Of a DNA stretch of 64,000 nt, positions 1 to 8,856 are shown piece by piece (within the stretch, counting starts at the first letter, position 1; each line of letters starts with the position of its first letter). The DNA is from Clostridium sp. CAG:221. Lineage in GTDB: Bacteria; Bacillota; Clostridia; Clostridiales; Clostridiaceae. The notes beneath the pieces were generated by a model that had not been told where the DNA came from, did no database searches, and saw only the letters and a list, made by a program, of their open reading frames with translations. Location: assembly GCF_000435835.1 (NCBI RefSeq), contig NZ_FR883429.1. The stretch is one strand, 5' to 3'. A program made the translations under genes and the position numbers.

Positions 1-26
1 CTTGTGAATTCTCTTTCCTGAATCAC
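1..26 (-). CDS. Probable 5' end of a gene running off the window edge
   Basis: Minus strand GGAGGAG SD followed by GTG ATT CAG GAA AGA GAA TTC ACA; only 8 full codons visible. Confidence 0.3.
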
Positions 27-211
27 ATCTTCTCCTCCCATAAAATAACTCTTCTATAAATATATATTAAATCCAATATAAATTAAGAATTAAAAATTAT
101 GAATTTCATCGATTTTTAATTTTACATTTTTAATTATTTACAACCTTTATACTTATGCGATAAAATATTGTCATATGCTTATTTTTAGAAAATACAAAGG
201 AGGCAATTGAT

Positions 212-1855
212 TTGAAAGATATAATATATGTAACTGGTCATAAAAATCCAGATTCAGATTCTATATGTGCAGCATATTCTTATGCTGAATTTAAAAATCT
301 AACAGGAGATACAAAAGCTGTTCCTGTAAGACTTGGTAACGTAAGCCAAGAAACACAATTTGTTCTTGATTATTTTGGTGCTAAAGCTCCAGAATTATTA
401 AAAACTGTAAGACTTATGGTTGAAGACTTAAACTTCGATAAAATAAATCCAGTTTTACCTACACTTTCATTAAAATCTGCTTGGAATGTAATGAAAGAAA
501 ACAACATGAAGACATTACCTGTTGCTGATGAAAACAATCACTTATTAGGTGTTCTTTCTGTTTCTAATTTAACTTCTTGCTACATGGACATGTGGGACAA
601 CACAATATTATCAAAAAGCAATACTACGTTAGAAAACATATTAGATACACTTTCAGCTACAGCTTGCTATATAAATGAAAACTTAAAAACATTCCCAGGC
701 AAAATAGTAGTTTCTGCTATGGATCCAAAGAGCATGGTTGATCATATAAATGCTGGAGATATTGCTATCGTTGGTGATAGAGAGGAAGCTCAAGTAGCAT
801 TAATAGATAAGAAAGTATCATTAATGATTGTAACAGGTTCTCATACACCATGTGAAAACATCATTACTTTAGCTAGAGAAAATGGCGTTACTGTAATAGT
901 TACTACTCATGACTCATTCACAACTTCAAGACTTATTGTACAAAGCGTACCTGTTGAATATGTAATGGCTAAGGAAAATATCGTATCATTTACTAATGAT
1001 GACTTAGTGGACGATATAAAAGATGCTATGGCTCAAACTAGATTCAGAAGCTACCCAGTAACTGATGAAAATGGTAGAGTTTTAGGAATGGTTGCTAGAT
1101 ACCACTTAATTTCTAAACACAAGAAAAAAGTTATCCAAGTTGACCACAATGAAAGAGGTCAATCTGTTGATGGATTAGAAGATGCAGAAGTATTAGAAAT
1201 CATCGATCACCACAGAGTTGCTGATATTCAAACAAGCAATCCTATCTTCTTTAGAAATGAACCAATAGGAAGTACTTCTACAATAGTTGCTAAATGCTTC
1301 TTTGAAAGAGGTTTAACTCCATCAAAAACTGCTGCTGGTTTATTATGTAGTGCTATAATCTCTGATACATTATTATTCAGAAGCCCTACTTGCACACCTC
1401 AAGATGAAGAAATCTGTAGAAGACTTGCTGAAATAGCTGGTATTTCATCTGTTGAAGATTACGCTAAAGAAATGTTCAAAGCAGGAACTTCATTAAAAGG
1501 AAAAACTGTGGAACAAATCTTCAATCAAGATTACAAACCATTCTCAATTGAAGATATCAAAGTTGGTATAGCACAAGTTAATACAATGGATATTGATGGA
1601 TTTATGCCATTAAAAGAAGAAATGTTAGCTTACATGAATGAAAAAGCAAAAGAATCATCATTAGATATGGTTATGTTATTATTAACTGACATAATCACTG
1701 AAGGTTCTCAAGTTCTTGTTGTTGGTGAAAGATCTGACATAGCTGAAAAAGCATTCAATGCAACACTAGTAGACAATACTGCTTTCCTTCCTGGAGTTCT
1801 TTCAAGAAAGAAACAAGTTGTACCGCCAGTAACAAACGTAATAACAAATGCTTAA
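212..1855 (+). CDS. ppaC: Mn-dependent family II inorganic pyrophosphatase with CBS-DRTGG-CBS regulatory insert
   Basis: GHKNPDSDS, VDHNE, IIDHHR, ISDTLLF and C-terminal SRKKQ motifs; CBS/DRTGG-like insert; AGGAGG SD, TTG start. Confidence 0.95.
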   Translation: MKDIIYVTGHKNPDSDSICAAYSYAEFKNLTGDTKAVPVRLGNVSQETQFVLDYFGAKAPELLKTVRLMVEDLNFDKINPVLPTLSLKSAWNVMKENNMKTLPVADENNHLLGVLSVSNLTSCYMDMWDNTILSKSNTTLENILDTLSATACYINENLKTFPGKIVVSAMDPKSMVDHINAGDIAIVGDREEAQVALIDKKVSLMIVTGSHTPCENIITLARENGVTVIVTTHDSFTTSRLIVQSVPVEYVMAKENIVSFTNDDLVDDIKDAMAQTRFRSYPVTDENGRVLGMVARYHLISKHKKKVIQVDHNERGQSVDGLEDAEVLEIIDHHRVADIQTSNPIFFRNEPIGSTSTIVAKCFFERGLTPSKTAAGLLCSAIISDTLLFRSPTCTPQDEEICRRLAEIAGISSVEDYAKEMFKAGTSLKGKTVEQIFNQDYKPFSIEDIKVGIAQVNTMDIDGFMPLKEEMLAYMNEKAKESSLDMVMLLLTDIITEGSQVLVVGERSDIAEKAFNATLVDNTAFLPGVLSRKKQVVPPVTNVITNA

Positions 1856-1888
1856 AAAATAAGAGATGCTTTGCATCTCTTATTTTTT
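1854..1888. terminator. Bidirectional intrinsic terminator between convergent ppaC and flagellin
   Basis: aaaaaataagagatgc-ttt-gcatctcttatttttt perfect inverted repeat. Confidence 0.9.
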
Positions 1889-1897
1889 ACCTATTAA

Positions 1898-3679
1898 TTA
1901 TTTAAGTAATTGTATTATTTGCTCTGGTGCAGAATTAGCCTGTGCCATCATAGATTGAGCTGCTTGTAATAATACATTACTCTTTGCATTTTTAGTAATT
2001 TCCAAAGCCATATCAGTATCTCTTATTTTTGATTCAGATGAAATAGTATTTTCAGCTGAATAATTTAAATTATTAACTACATATTGTAATCTGTTTTGAT
2101 ATGCACCTAAAGCTGATCTTTGAGTAGATACTTTTTTAGTAGCTTCATCAATTATTCCTATTGCATTTTGAGCATTTTTTGCAGTAGTTACATCTAGTGA
2201 ACATTCTACATTATAATTTCCTTCACCATCATCAACCTCATATACAGTTCTAAATCCATCACCTACTCCAACTAAACCTAAACCTTTTGCTGTCATTTCT
2301 CCTATAGAAACTAGCATTGATTGATTTTCATTAGAACCAACTTGAAGACTTATTTCAATATCCTTATTATAAGAATTACCATTAAATATTTCTAATTTAC
2401 TATGTTCACCTTTTGTAGTTGATGTAATCACTAATTTATTATTACCATCTTTTGTTAATTCTACTCCATGTAATTTGTTTTGTGTTTGAGTTATAATGGC
2501 ATCAACTAACTGTTCAGCATTTGTTACACCTTTTATATCTATTCCTATAGCTTTACCCTTATATGGTTCATCATCTGAATCATAAAACTGTATAGTTTGT
2601 CCATTAATACTCATACCTGCATCTACTAGAGCTTTTATATCATCTAATGTTGCTGCTACATTAGAAAAATCTATTGTAGTTGAAGCTCCCTTAGCCGGTA
2701 TATCTTGCTTTCCTATAGTTGTTCCATTACCAACTGTGTTTCCCGTATTAACATCAGTAATTGTTAATCCATTGCTTGAAGAGTCAATTCCTGTAACTTT
2801 CATTTCTGCATTCGAAACTGTACCGTTACTATCTAAAGCTTCAATTATAATTTGACTTCCTTTATTATAAGCTTTAAATTCTCCTCTTAATGTAGCATTA
2901 CTATCTATTTGTTTTTGAAATAATTCAGCAGTAGATTTTGCTACTTTCTCAACATCACTAGCTGCAATAGTCCCATTATCAGTATTTGTAATTGTAATAT
3001 TACCGCCTGTAATTACCCCTCCATAATTAGCATATTGAATATGACCTACATTATTAGCTTTATCAGAAACGTATCTTACTGATAAAGCTACACCCTTAAG
3101 TTCAAAATTAAATCCATCTGGTTGTGGCATGATACTACTTGATAAATTAGAACTTATTGTAACTCCAACTTTCATTCCTTTGGTTACGGCATCATTCCCT
3201 TTTGTGTGAGTAACTTCCGTACCATTAAAATCTAAGTTTATTGCTTTTATTCCTTTGCCATCTCCACCTGTTAATAATTTTTTAGTATTATACTCTGTAT
3301 TATTAGCAATTCTATTTATTTCTGAAGTAAGGCTATTAATTTCTTTTTGAATAGCATTTCTATCACTTTCATTGTTGGTATCATTAATAGACTGTACAGA
3401 AAGTTCTCTCATTCTTTGAAGAATTGAGTTAGTTTCATTTAATGCCCCTTCAGCTGTTTGAATTAATGTAATTCCATCTGCTGCATTTCTTGAAGCCTGC
3501 TCTAATCCTCTAATCTGTGATCTCATTTTTTCAGAAATAGAAAGCCCTGCTACATCATCTCCAGCACTGCTTATTCTTAATCCTGAACTTAGCTTCTCTA
3601 TTGATTTAGAGGAGGCTTTATTATTTATTTTCATATTTCTTTTTGAGTTCATGGCACCCATATTATGATTAATTTTCAT
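1898..3679 (-). CDS. Flagellin paralogue (593 aa, large hypervariable region)
   Basis: N-terminal MKINHN..EKLSSGLRI..AGDD..QTAEGAL..LQRMREL; C-terminal RSALGAYQNRL..SKIRDTDMA..AQAN. Confidence 0.93.
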   Translation of the reverse strand: MKINHNMGAMNSKRNMKINNKASSKSIEKLSSGLRISSAGDDVAGLSISEKMRSQIRGLEQASRNAADGITLIQTAEGALNETNSILQRMRELSVQSINDTNNESDRNAIQKEINSLTSEINRIANNTEYNTKKLLTGGDGKGIKAINLDFNGTEVTHTKGNDAVTKGMKVGVTISSNLSSSIMPQPDGFNFELKGVALSVRYVSDKANNVGHIQYANYGGVITGGNITITNTDNGTIAASDVEKVAKSTAELFQKQIDSNATLRGEFKAYNKGSQIIIEALDSNGTVSNAEMKVTGIDSSSNGLTITDVNTGNTVGNGTTIGKQDIPAKGASTTIDFSNVAATLDDIKALVDAGMSINGQTIQFYDSDDEPYKGKAIGIDIKGVTNAEQLVDAIITQTQNKLHGVELTKDGNNKLVITSTTKGEHSKLEIFNGNSYNKDIEISLQVGSNENQSMLVSIGEMTAKGLGLVGVGDGFRTVYEVDDGEGNYNVECSLDVTTAKNAQNAIGIIDEATKKVSTQRSALGAYQNRLQYVVNNLNYSAENTISSESKIRDTDMALEITKNAKSNVLLQAAQSMMAQANSAPEQIIQLLK

Positions 3680-3719
3680 TATTTCTTCCTCTGTTATCTA
3701 AAATTTCTCTCTATGTTTA

Positions 3720-3746
3720 TTGTCGAAAAAACCCTTATTAAATTAA
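3720..3746 (-). promoter_or_regulatory. Weak sigma-28-like promoter overlapping a perfect Spo0A box (TGTCGAA, 3721-3727)
   Basis: Minus strand TTAA-N15-TTCGACAA versus consensus TAAA-N15-GCCGATAA. Confidence 0.4.
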
Positions 3747-3755
3747 TAGTTTATA

Positions 3756-3802
3756 AAAAAATAATGGATAAAATTTATTTTAAATTTTATCCATTATTTT
3801 TT
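3756..3802 (-). terminator. Terminator ending the flgB-flgG operon
   Basis: aaaaaataatggataaaattta / taaattttatccattatttttt inverted repeat at the flgG stop. Confidence 0.75.
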
Positions 3803-4568
3803 ATCTAAGATTATTTATCATTTCCCACATTTCATCAGCAGCTGTAATTCCTTTAGAACTTAGTTGAAAAGCTCTTTGAGTTACTATCATATCTGTCATT
3901 TCTTGTGAAAGATCCACATTGGAAGCTTCTAAATATCCTTGATACATATCGGCATCTAAAGTTCTATATACTTGAACTCCATTTAACTCTTTAAATAAAT
4001 TATCTCCAACAGACGTAAATGCATCATTGCCTACTGCTGTATATACTGCAATTTCTCCAACCTTTTCAAAGTTACCATTGTTTTCTGCAAATATTTCCCC
4101 TTTTTTATTTATAGTAAAATTATCAGCTGTAAGACCTGTATTATTTTGTGAATACCCATTTGCATACTGAACCTCTAAAATATTCCCATTAGCAGTTACA
4201 AGTCTTCCATAAGAATCTAATTTAAAACTGCCATCTCTAGTATAATACTCTGTTCCATTACTGGAAATCACTTTAAAATATCCTTCACCATCTAATGCCA
4301 AATCAGTTTTTTGATTTGTTGTTTGTAAACCACCTTGGCTATTATCTTTAGTAAAATTACCAGCTTTAACTCCACTTCCTACTGTAGCTGTTTTATCATT
4401 TAATGGATTTCCCCATTCATCTAATGAAGATGAAATTAAATCCTTAAAACCTGCATTAACTTTTTTATATCCTGTAGTATTTACATTTGCTATATTATTT
4501 GATATTACATCTAATTTCTCTTGATTAGCATTAAGTCCTGATTTACTTGTCCATAATGTTGTTAACAT
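3801..4568 (-). CDS. flgG: Flagellar basal-body rod protein FlgG
   Basis: [20 protein letters not shown] and LEASNVDL rod motifs. Confidence 0.85.
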   Translation of the reverse strand: MLTTLWTSKSGLNANQEKLDVISNNIANVNTTGYKKVNAGFKDLISSSLDEWGNPLNDKTATVGSGVKAGNFTKDNSQGGLQTTNQKTDLALDGEGYFKVISSNGTEYYTRDGSFKLDSYGRLVTANGNILEVQYANGYSQNNTGLTADNFTINKKGEIFAENNGNFEKVGEIAVYTAVGNDAFTSVGDNLFKELNGVQVYRTLDADMYQGYLEASNVDLSQEMTDMIVTQRAFQLSSKGITAADEMWEMINNLR

Positions 4569-4580
4569 CTATATATCCTC

Positions 4581-5324
4581 CTACACTTTACCTATGCTGT
4601 TAGCAGCTAAATCTAAAGTACCATCTATCATCTTAAAGATACTTTGACTACTTTGGAAATTACGCATTGTACTCATCATATTAACCATTTCATTTGTTAC
4701 ATTAACATTAGACCCTTCCAAATAACCTTGATGTGTGTTTACTACAGAATCCATAATAGGATTTTCTCCTGTATAATAATTATCTCCTACTTTTTTTAAT
4801 GTACTATAATCTTCAAAATCAGCTGTAACCATTTGATAATTAGCTAATCCCTCAACATTTAAAATATTATTTGCTCCTAATGTATATTGATTATTGCCTA
4901 CAAAAATAGGTTCCATTATCCCTGTATTCATATTTCTTCCCATTACAGAATCTCCTGAAGTAGTCTTTAAAGTTCCATCAGCTCCCACAGTAAAATCTCC
5001 ATCTCTTGTATACAAATATTCATTACCTTTTTGAACTACAAAGAACCCTCTTCCATTTATAGCAAAATCCGATGAATCTGATGTACTTTTAAGTCCACCT
5101 TGAGTAAATGATTTTTGTACTGTATCAATGGCAGCTCCCAAACTCAAACTACCTATTACACCATTTTCTCTATTACCTATGTATACTTCATTAAAACTCT
5201 TAGTAACTAAAGATTCTGATTTATATCCATTTGTATTAGCATTAGATAAATTATTTGTTATTGATGTTTGCTGATTTTCTAAAGTAATCATTGATGATAA
5301 TGATGCATATAAACTTCTAATCAT
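4581..5324 (-). CDS. flgF: Flagellar rod protein, FlgF/FlgG family; start reassigned to ATG 5324
   Basis: MIRSLY..NNLSNANTNGYK, YTRDG, LEGSNVN; GAGGAGG SD before 5324. Confidence 0.75.
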   Translation of the reverse strand: MIRSLYASLSSMITLENQQTSITNNLSNANTNGYKSESLVTKSFNEVYIGNRENGVIGSLSLGAAIDTVQKSFTQGGLKSTSDSSDFAINGRGFFVVQKGNEYLYTRDGDFTVGADGTLKTTSGDSVMGRNMNTGIMEPIFVGNNQYTLGANNILNVEGLANYQMVTADFEDYSTLKKVGDNYYTGENPIMDSVVNTHQGYLEGSNVNVTNEMVNMMSTMRNFQSSQSIFKMIDGTLDLAANSIGKV

Positions 5325-5535
5325 TAAATATATCCTCCTCATTAGCTTCTGTGGTGCTATTAGTAGTAGCATCATTACTTGAAGAATTATCATTTTCAAA
5401 AAAAACCTTACATTCATCTTCATAATGCATTCCCATAGCTCTTGCTGCTTTTTCTATTTCTGCATTTGACATTTTATTAGTGCCAGATAAAAATAATATT
5501 AATGTAGATATAATCATTCCAATTCCAATTCCCAT
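5317..5535 (-). CDS. Small hypothetical membrane protein of the fla operon
   Basis: Hydrophobic N-terminus then EIEKAARAMGM; operonic position; start uncertain. Confidence 0.6.
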   Translation of the reverse strand: MGIGIGMIISTLILFLSGTNKMSNAEIEKAARAMGMHYEDECKVFFENDNSSSNDATTNSTTEANEEDIFND

Positions 5536-5573
5536 TAAAATCTTTTTATCTCTAAATATATAAATACTTTCTT

Positions 5574-6059
5574 TTATTGATTGTATAATCCTCTTACTAA
5601 TAATACTTCACCCTTTCCTATACTAAGTGAACTACATATTTCTTCATCACTTTTTCCTTCATCAATCATCATTTTAATATTTTCAAACTTACTATCATTA
5701 CCATGATTATCCTTTAAATTATTAAAATTAATTTCAGAAATTATATCTTTATCTATACAATCTCTTTTTATATCGTTATCTAATTTCACTTGCTTTATAT
5801 TCTCTTTTATATTTACATTACTATTTTCTATATTAAAAATTTCAGTTCTTAATTCTTGAATTTCTTTTTGTAAATCAAGAATACTTTCCGCCATATCTTT
5901 TCTCATATCTACAAATTTCATATCATAGTCTGTAAATTCTTTTTCTTCATTTTTTAGAATATTAGCAAAAGAGCCTCCATCATCGGCTCTTTCATTTTTT
6001 ATATCTCTATTAACAACTATTAAAACTATTCCTATAACTATAAGTAAAATATGTATCAC
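5574..6059 (-). CDS. Membrane-anchored coiled-coil protein with C-terminal HTH-like end (DUF6115-like)
   Basis: TM N-terminus, coiled coil, GKSDEEICSSLSIGKGEVLL; immediately after fliA. Confidence 0.7.
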   Translation of the reverse strand: MIHILLIVIGIVLIVVNRDIKNERADDGGSFANILKNEEKEFTDYDMKFVDMRKDMAESILDLQKEIQELRTEIFNIENSNVNIKENIKQVKLDNDIKRDCIDKDIISEINFNNLKDNHGNDSKFENIKMMIDEGKSDEEICSSLSIGKGEVLLVRGLYNQ

Positions 6060-6062
6060 TTT

Positions 6063-6791
6063 TTATACCTCTATGTAATTTATTTTTTGAAGCATAACCC
6101 TTAAATTCTTAATAGCTCTACTATGTAACTGACAAACTCTCGATTCAGATACCTCTAGTACTTTACCTATTTCTTTTAATGTCAAGCCCTCATAATAATA
6201 AAGATTTAATATTGTTCTGTCTTTTTCTTTTAATTTTTCAATACATTCAGCTAATATTTCTACTTTTTCTTTATCTTCATAAGAATCATGAGGACTTGGG
6301 CTATTTTTATCTTCAACAATTCCCATAACAGTTAATTCATCATCTTCTGAAAATAGAATTCCTTCTAAAGATACTACTGACATAAAATTAATATATCTTT
6401 CGATATCAGCAACTTCTGACACAGTTATATTTAAATATTCAGCTATTTCATCTATGATTGGTTCTCTAAGTAACCTATTTTGCAATGCATCAATAGCTTC
6501 ATTATACTTTGCTAATTTATCCATTGCCCCTTTAGAAATAGGCCTGGCTTTTCTTATCTGATCTATCATTTCACCTTTTATTCTTATTGATGCATAAGAT
6601 GAAAATTTTATTCCCTTATCTGGATCAAATTTACTTATGGCATCCATTAACCCTATCATTCCATAACTAACTAAATCTTCATACTCTATATAAGTACTCC
6701 TTCCAATCATTATTCTAGACGCAATATATTTTACTAAAGGAATATATTGTTCCACTATTTTTTCCTTATTATCTATATTAGTCCAGCTCAT
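6063..6791 (-). CDS. fliA: Flagellar sigma factor sigma-28 (FliA/SigD)
   Basis: DLVSYGMIGLMDAISKFD, LTLKEIGKVLEVSESRVCQLH. Confidence 0.95.
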   Translation of the reverse strand: MSWTNIDNKEKIVEQYIPLVKYIASRIMIGRSTYIEYEDLVSYGMIGLMDAISKFDPDKGIKFSSYASIRIKGEMIDQIRKARPISKGAMDKLAKYNEAIDALQNRLLREPIIDEIAEYLNITVSEVADIERYINFMSVVSLEGILFSEDDELTVMGIVEDKNSPSPHDSYEDKEKVEILAECIEKLKEKDRTILNLYYYEGLTLKEIGKVLEVSESRVCQLHSRAIKNLRVMLQKINYIEV

Positions 6792-6811
6792 TGTTACCCC
6801 TCCTTAGTTAG

Positions 6812-6874
6812 CTATAATTTTTGCATACATAATACATCTAATCTTCCATTTATTTTTAATTTAAACTTGGCCAT
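6812..6874 (-). pseudogene. 20-codon ORF (MAKFKLKINGRLDVLCMQKL), probable deletion remnant of the PilZ/YcgR flagellar-brake gene
   Basis: Strong GGAGGAG SD 6 nt before ATG; fills the flhG-fliA gap where clostridia usually carry the brake gene; identity inferred from position only. Confidence 0.5.
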
Positions 6875-6886
6875 TTCCATCTCCTC

Positions 6887-7744
6887 CTAAGAAAAAATAT
6901 CAAATAACTTATTAAATAATCCTTTTGCACCATTTCCTCTTATAGAACTTTCTCTACCCATAATTTTTTCTGATACATGCACTATGGATTTTGCTGCTTC
7001 AGATTTAGGATATTTTATTACTATAGGAATTTGATTTCTCACTGCCATGGTAATATGCTTATCCTCATATATACATCCCAAATAACTTGGATATCCATTT
7101 AAAAATTTTCTAGTTGCTAAGTCAAATTTATTAAATGTTGATTTTCCCTCTGTTTCACTTATAACTCTATTAATTACTATATTAACATGAGTTTCTATTT
7201 TAAAATGCTTAAGTGCTTTAAATAGGCTATATCCGTCCGTCAATGATGTAGGTTCTGGTGTTAAAATAAATATAGCTTCATCAGAACTAGCAATAAAAGC
7301 AAGAACTGTTCTACTTATTCCAGCACCTGTATCAATTAATATATAATCATATCCATCAATTCTATCTATTTCTGAAATAAATCTTTCTCTTTGTTCTTCT
7401 GTCAAATCTTCAATATTATTTATTCCTGTTCCTCCAGGTAGTAAGTGAATTCCATGTGGTCCTTCAATAATTCCATTTTCAATTGAAACTTCACCATTTA
7501 TAACATCCATAATATTGTACTTATGATATATTCCCATTAATACATCATCATTTCCCATACCAATATCAGCATCAAAAAGCAATATTTTTTTCCCTTCTTT
7601 TGCAAGAGCTATTGCTAAGTTTACTACAAAATTACTTTTACCTACTCCACCTTTTCCTGAAGTTATAGTTATAATTTTTGATTTTTCATTTAATCCACTA
7701 CTTTTACTAGCTAATTGTCTTAAAATTTCTGCCTGGTCCATCAT
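6887..7744 (-). CDS. flhG: MinD-like ATPase FlhG/FleN
   Basis: SGKGGVGKS deviant Walker A, DADIG, DTGAG; follows flhF. Confidence 0.9.
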   Translation of the reverse strand: MMDQAEILRQLASKSSGLNEKSKIITITSGKGGVGKSNFVVNLAIALAKEGKKILLFDADIGMGNDDVLMGIYHKYNIMDVINGEVSIENGIIEGPHGIHLLPGGTGINNIEDLTEEQRERFISEIDRIDGYDYILIDTGAGISRTVLAFIASSDEAIFILTPEPTSLTDGYSLFKALKHFKIETHVNIVINRVISETEGKSTFNKFDLATRKFLNGYPSYLGCIYEDKHITMAVRNQIPIVIKYPKSEAAKSIVHVSEKIMGRESSIRGNGAKGLFNKLFDIFS

Positions 7745-8856
7745 ATTGAATCTTCTCCCATTATAAGCTTAATAATTTCATCTTTACTTGGAACCCTTAT
7801 GTCATTTGGTACATTTTGACCTGTAGTTAAAAAAGCTACCGGCTTATTACTTTCCTTTAATATGGTATGTATAATTCCATATGATGAAGTTTCATCTAAC
7901 TTTGTAATAATAAGCTTTTCGTAATCTATTTGCTCATAACCTTTAAGTATCATCTTTACATCTTTGTTTTTAGTTGTACTACTCATAACCATAAGAGTAT
8001 GATCTGGATTAGCTTTTTGAACAAAAGCTCTTAGTTCTGAAATCTGCATATTATTCTTACTGCTTCTTCCAGTGGTATCTATTAATACCACATCTAAATC
8101 TGTCATGGAATTAATTGCTTCTTCCATTTCTTTTATGGTTATAACAACTCTAAATGGTATATTCATTATTTCTGCATAAGTTTTAAGTTGTTCTACAGCT
8201 CCAATTCTATAAGTATCTATGGTGATTAACCCAACTTTTTTCTTATCCATAAGAGCTAATTTTCCTGCTAATTTTGCTATTGTGGTGGTTTTTCCTACAC
8301 CTGTAGGTCCAACCAACACAACTCTACCATTTATATCTTCATTTGATATTTGTACTACCTCTGACAAATAACTTTTCATGGCTTCTTCTTTATCTTCAGC
8401 TTCATTCCAAACTCTTCTAAACTCTTCTAAATAAACAGGATTTAAATCAAGACTATTAACATAATTTAATAATAAATCTTCATTATCTTCACCTTTAGTA
8501 TTATTTAATATCTCATTTAAAATACTCTTCATTTCTTTAACTTCATCTTCAAGAACATTTTTCTCTTCTTCTTTAGGTTTTACAACATCCTTATTCATTA
8601 TTGCTTTAATACTTTCAACAGATTCCTTTAACACATCACTACTTGCAAAAGTACTTTGTGGTTTTTGTGTTTTCATTGGTTCTGTAGTGTTTTCTAAGGC
8701 TGCTGTAACTTCTATAAGCTTAGGTGAAAAGTATTTTTTAAATCCTGATTGTCTTATCTTTCTTTGACTTATAATTATTGCATCTTTTCCTAGTTCATAT
8801 CTAATTCTCGTCATAGCCTCATTCATATTTTTAACTACATATTTTTTTATTATCAT
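7741..8856 (-). CDS. flhF: SRP-family GTPase FlhF
   Basis: GPTGVGKTTT, DTYRIGA, DTTGR, TKLDET. Confidence 0.95.
   Translation of the reverse strand: MIIKKYVVKNMNEAMTRIRYELGKDAIIISQRKIRQSGFKKYFSPKLIEVTAALENTTEPMKTQKPQSTFASSDVLKESVESIKAIMNKDVVKPKEEEKNVLEDEVKEMKSILNEILNNTKGEDNEDLLLNYVNSLDLNPVYLEEFRRVWNEAEDKEEAMKSYLSEVVQISNEDINGRVVLVGPTGVGKTTTIAKLAGKLALMDKKKVGLITIDTYRIGAVEQLKTYAEIMNIPFRVVITIKEMEEAINSMTDLDVVLIDTTGRSSKNNMQISELRAFVQKANPDHTLMVMSSTTKNKDVKMILKGYEQIDYEKLIITKLDETSSYGIIHTILKESNKPVAFLTTGQNVPNDIRVPSKDEIIKLIMGEDSI

Noticed and set aside
1898..3679. Proteolytic flagellin (flagellinolysin)
   Set aside because: No HExxH motif in the variable region of any of the three flagellins.
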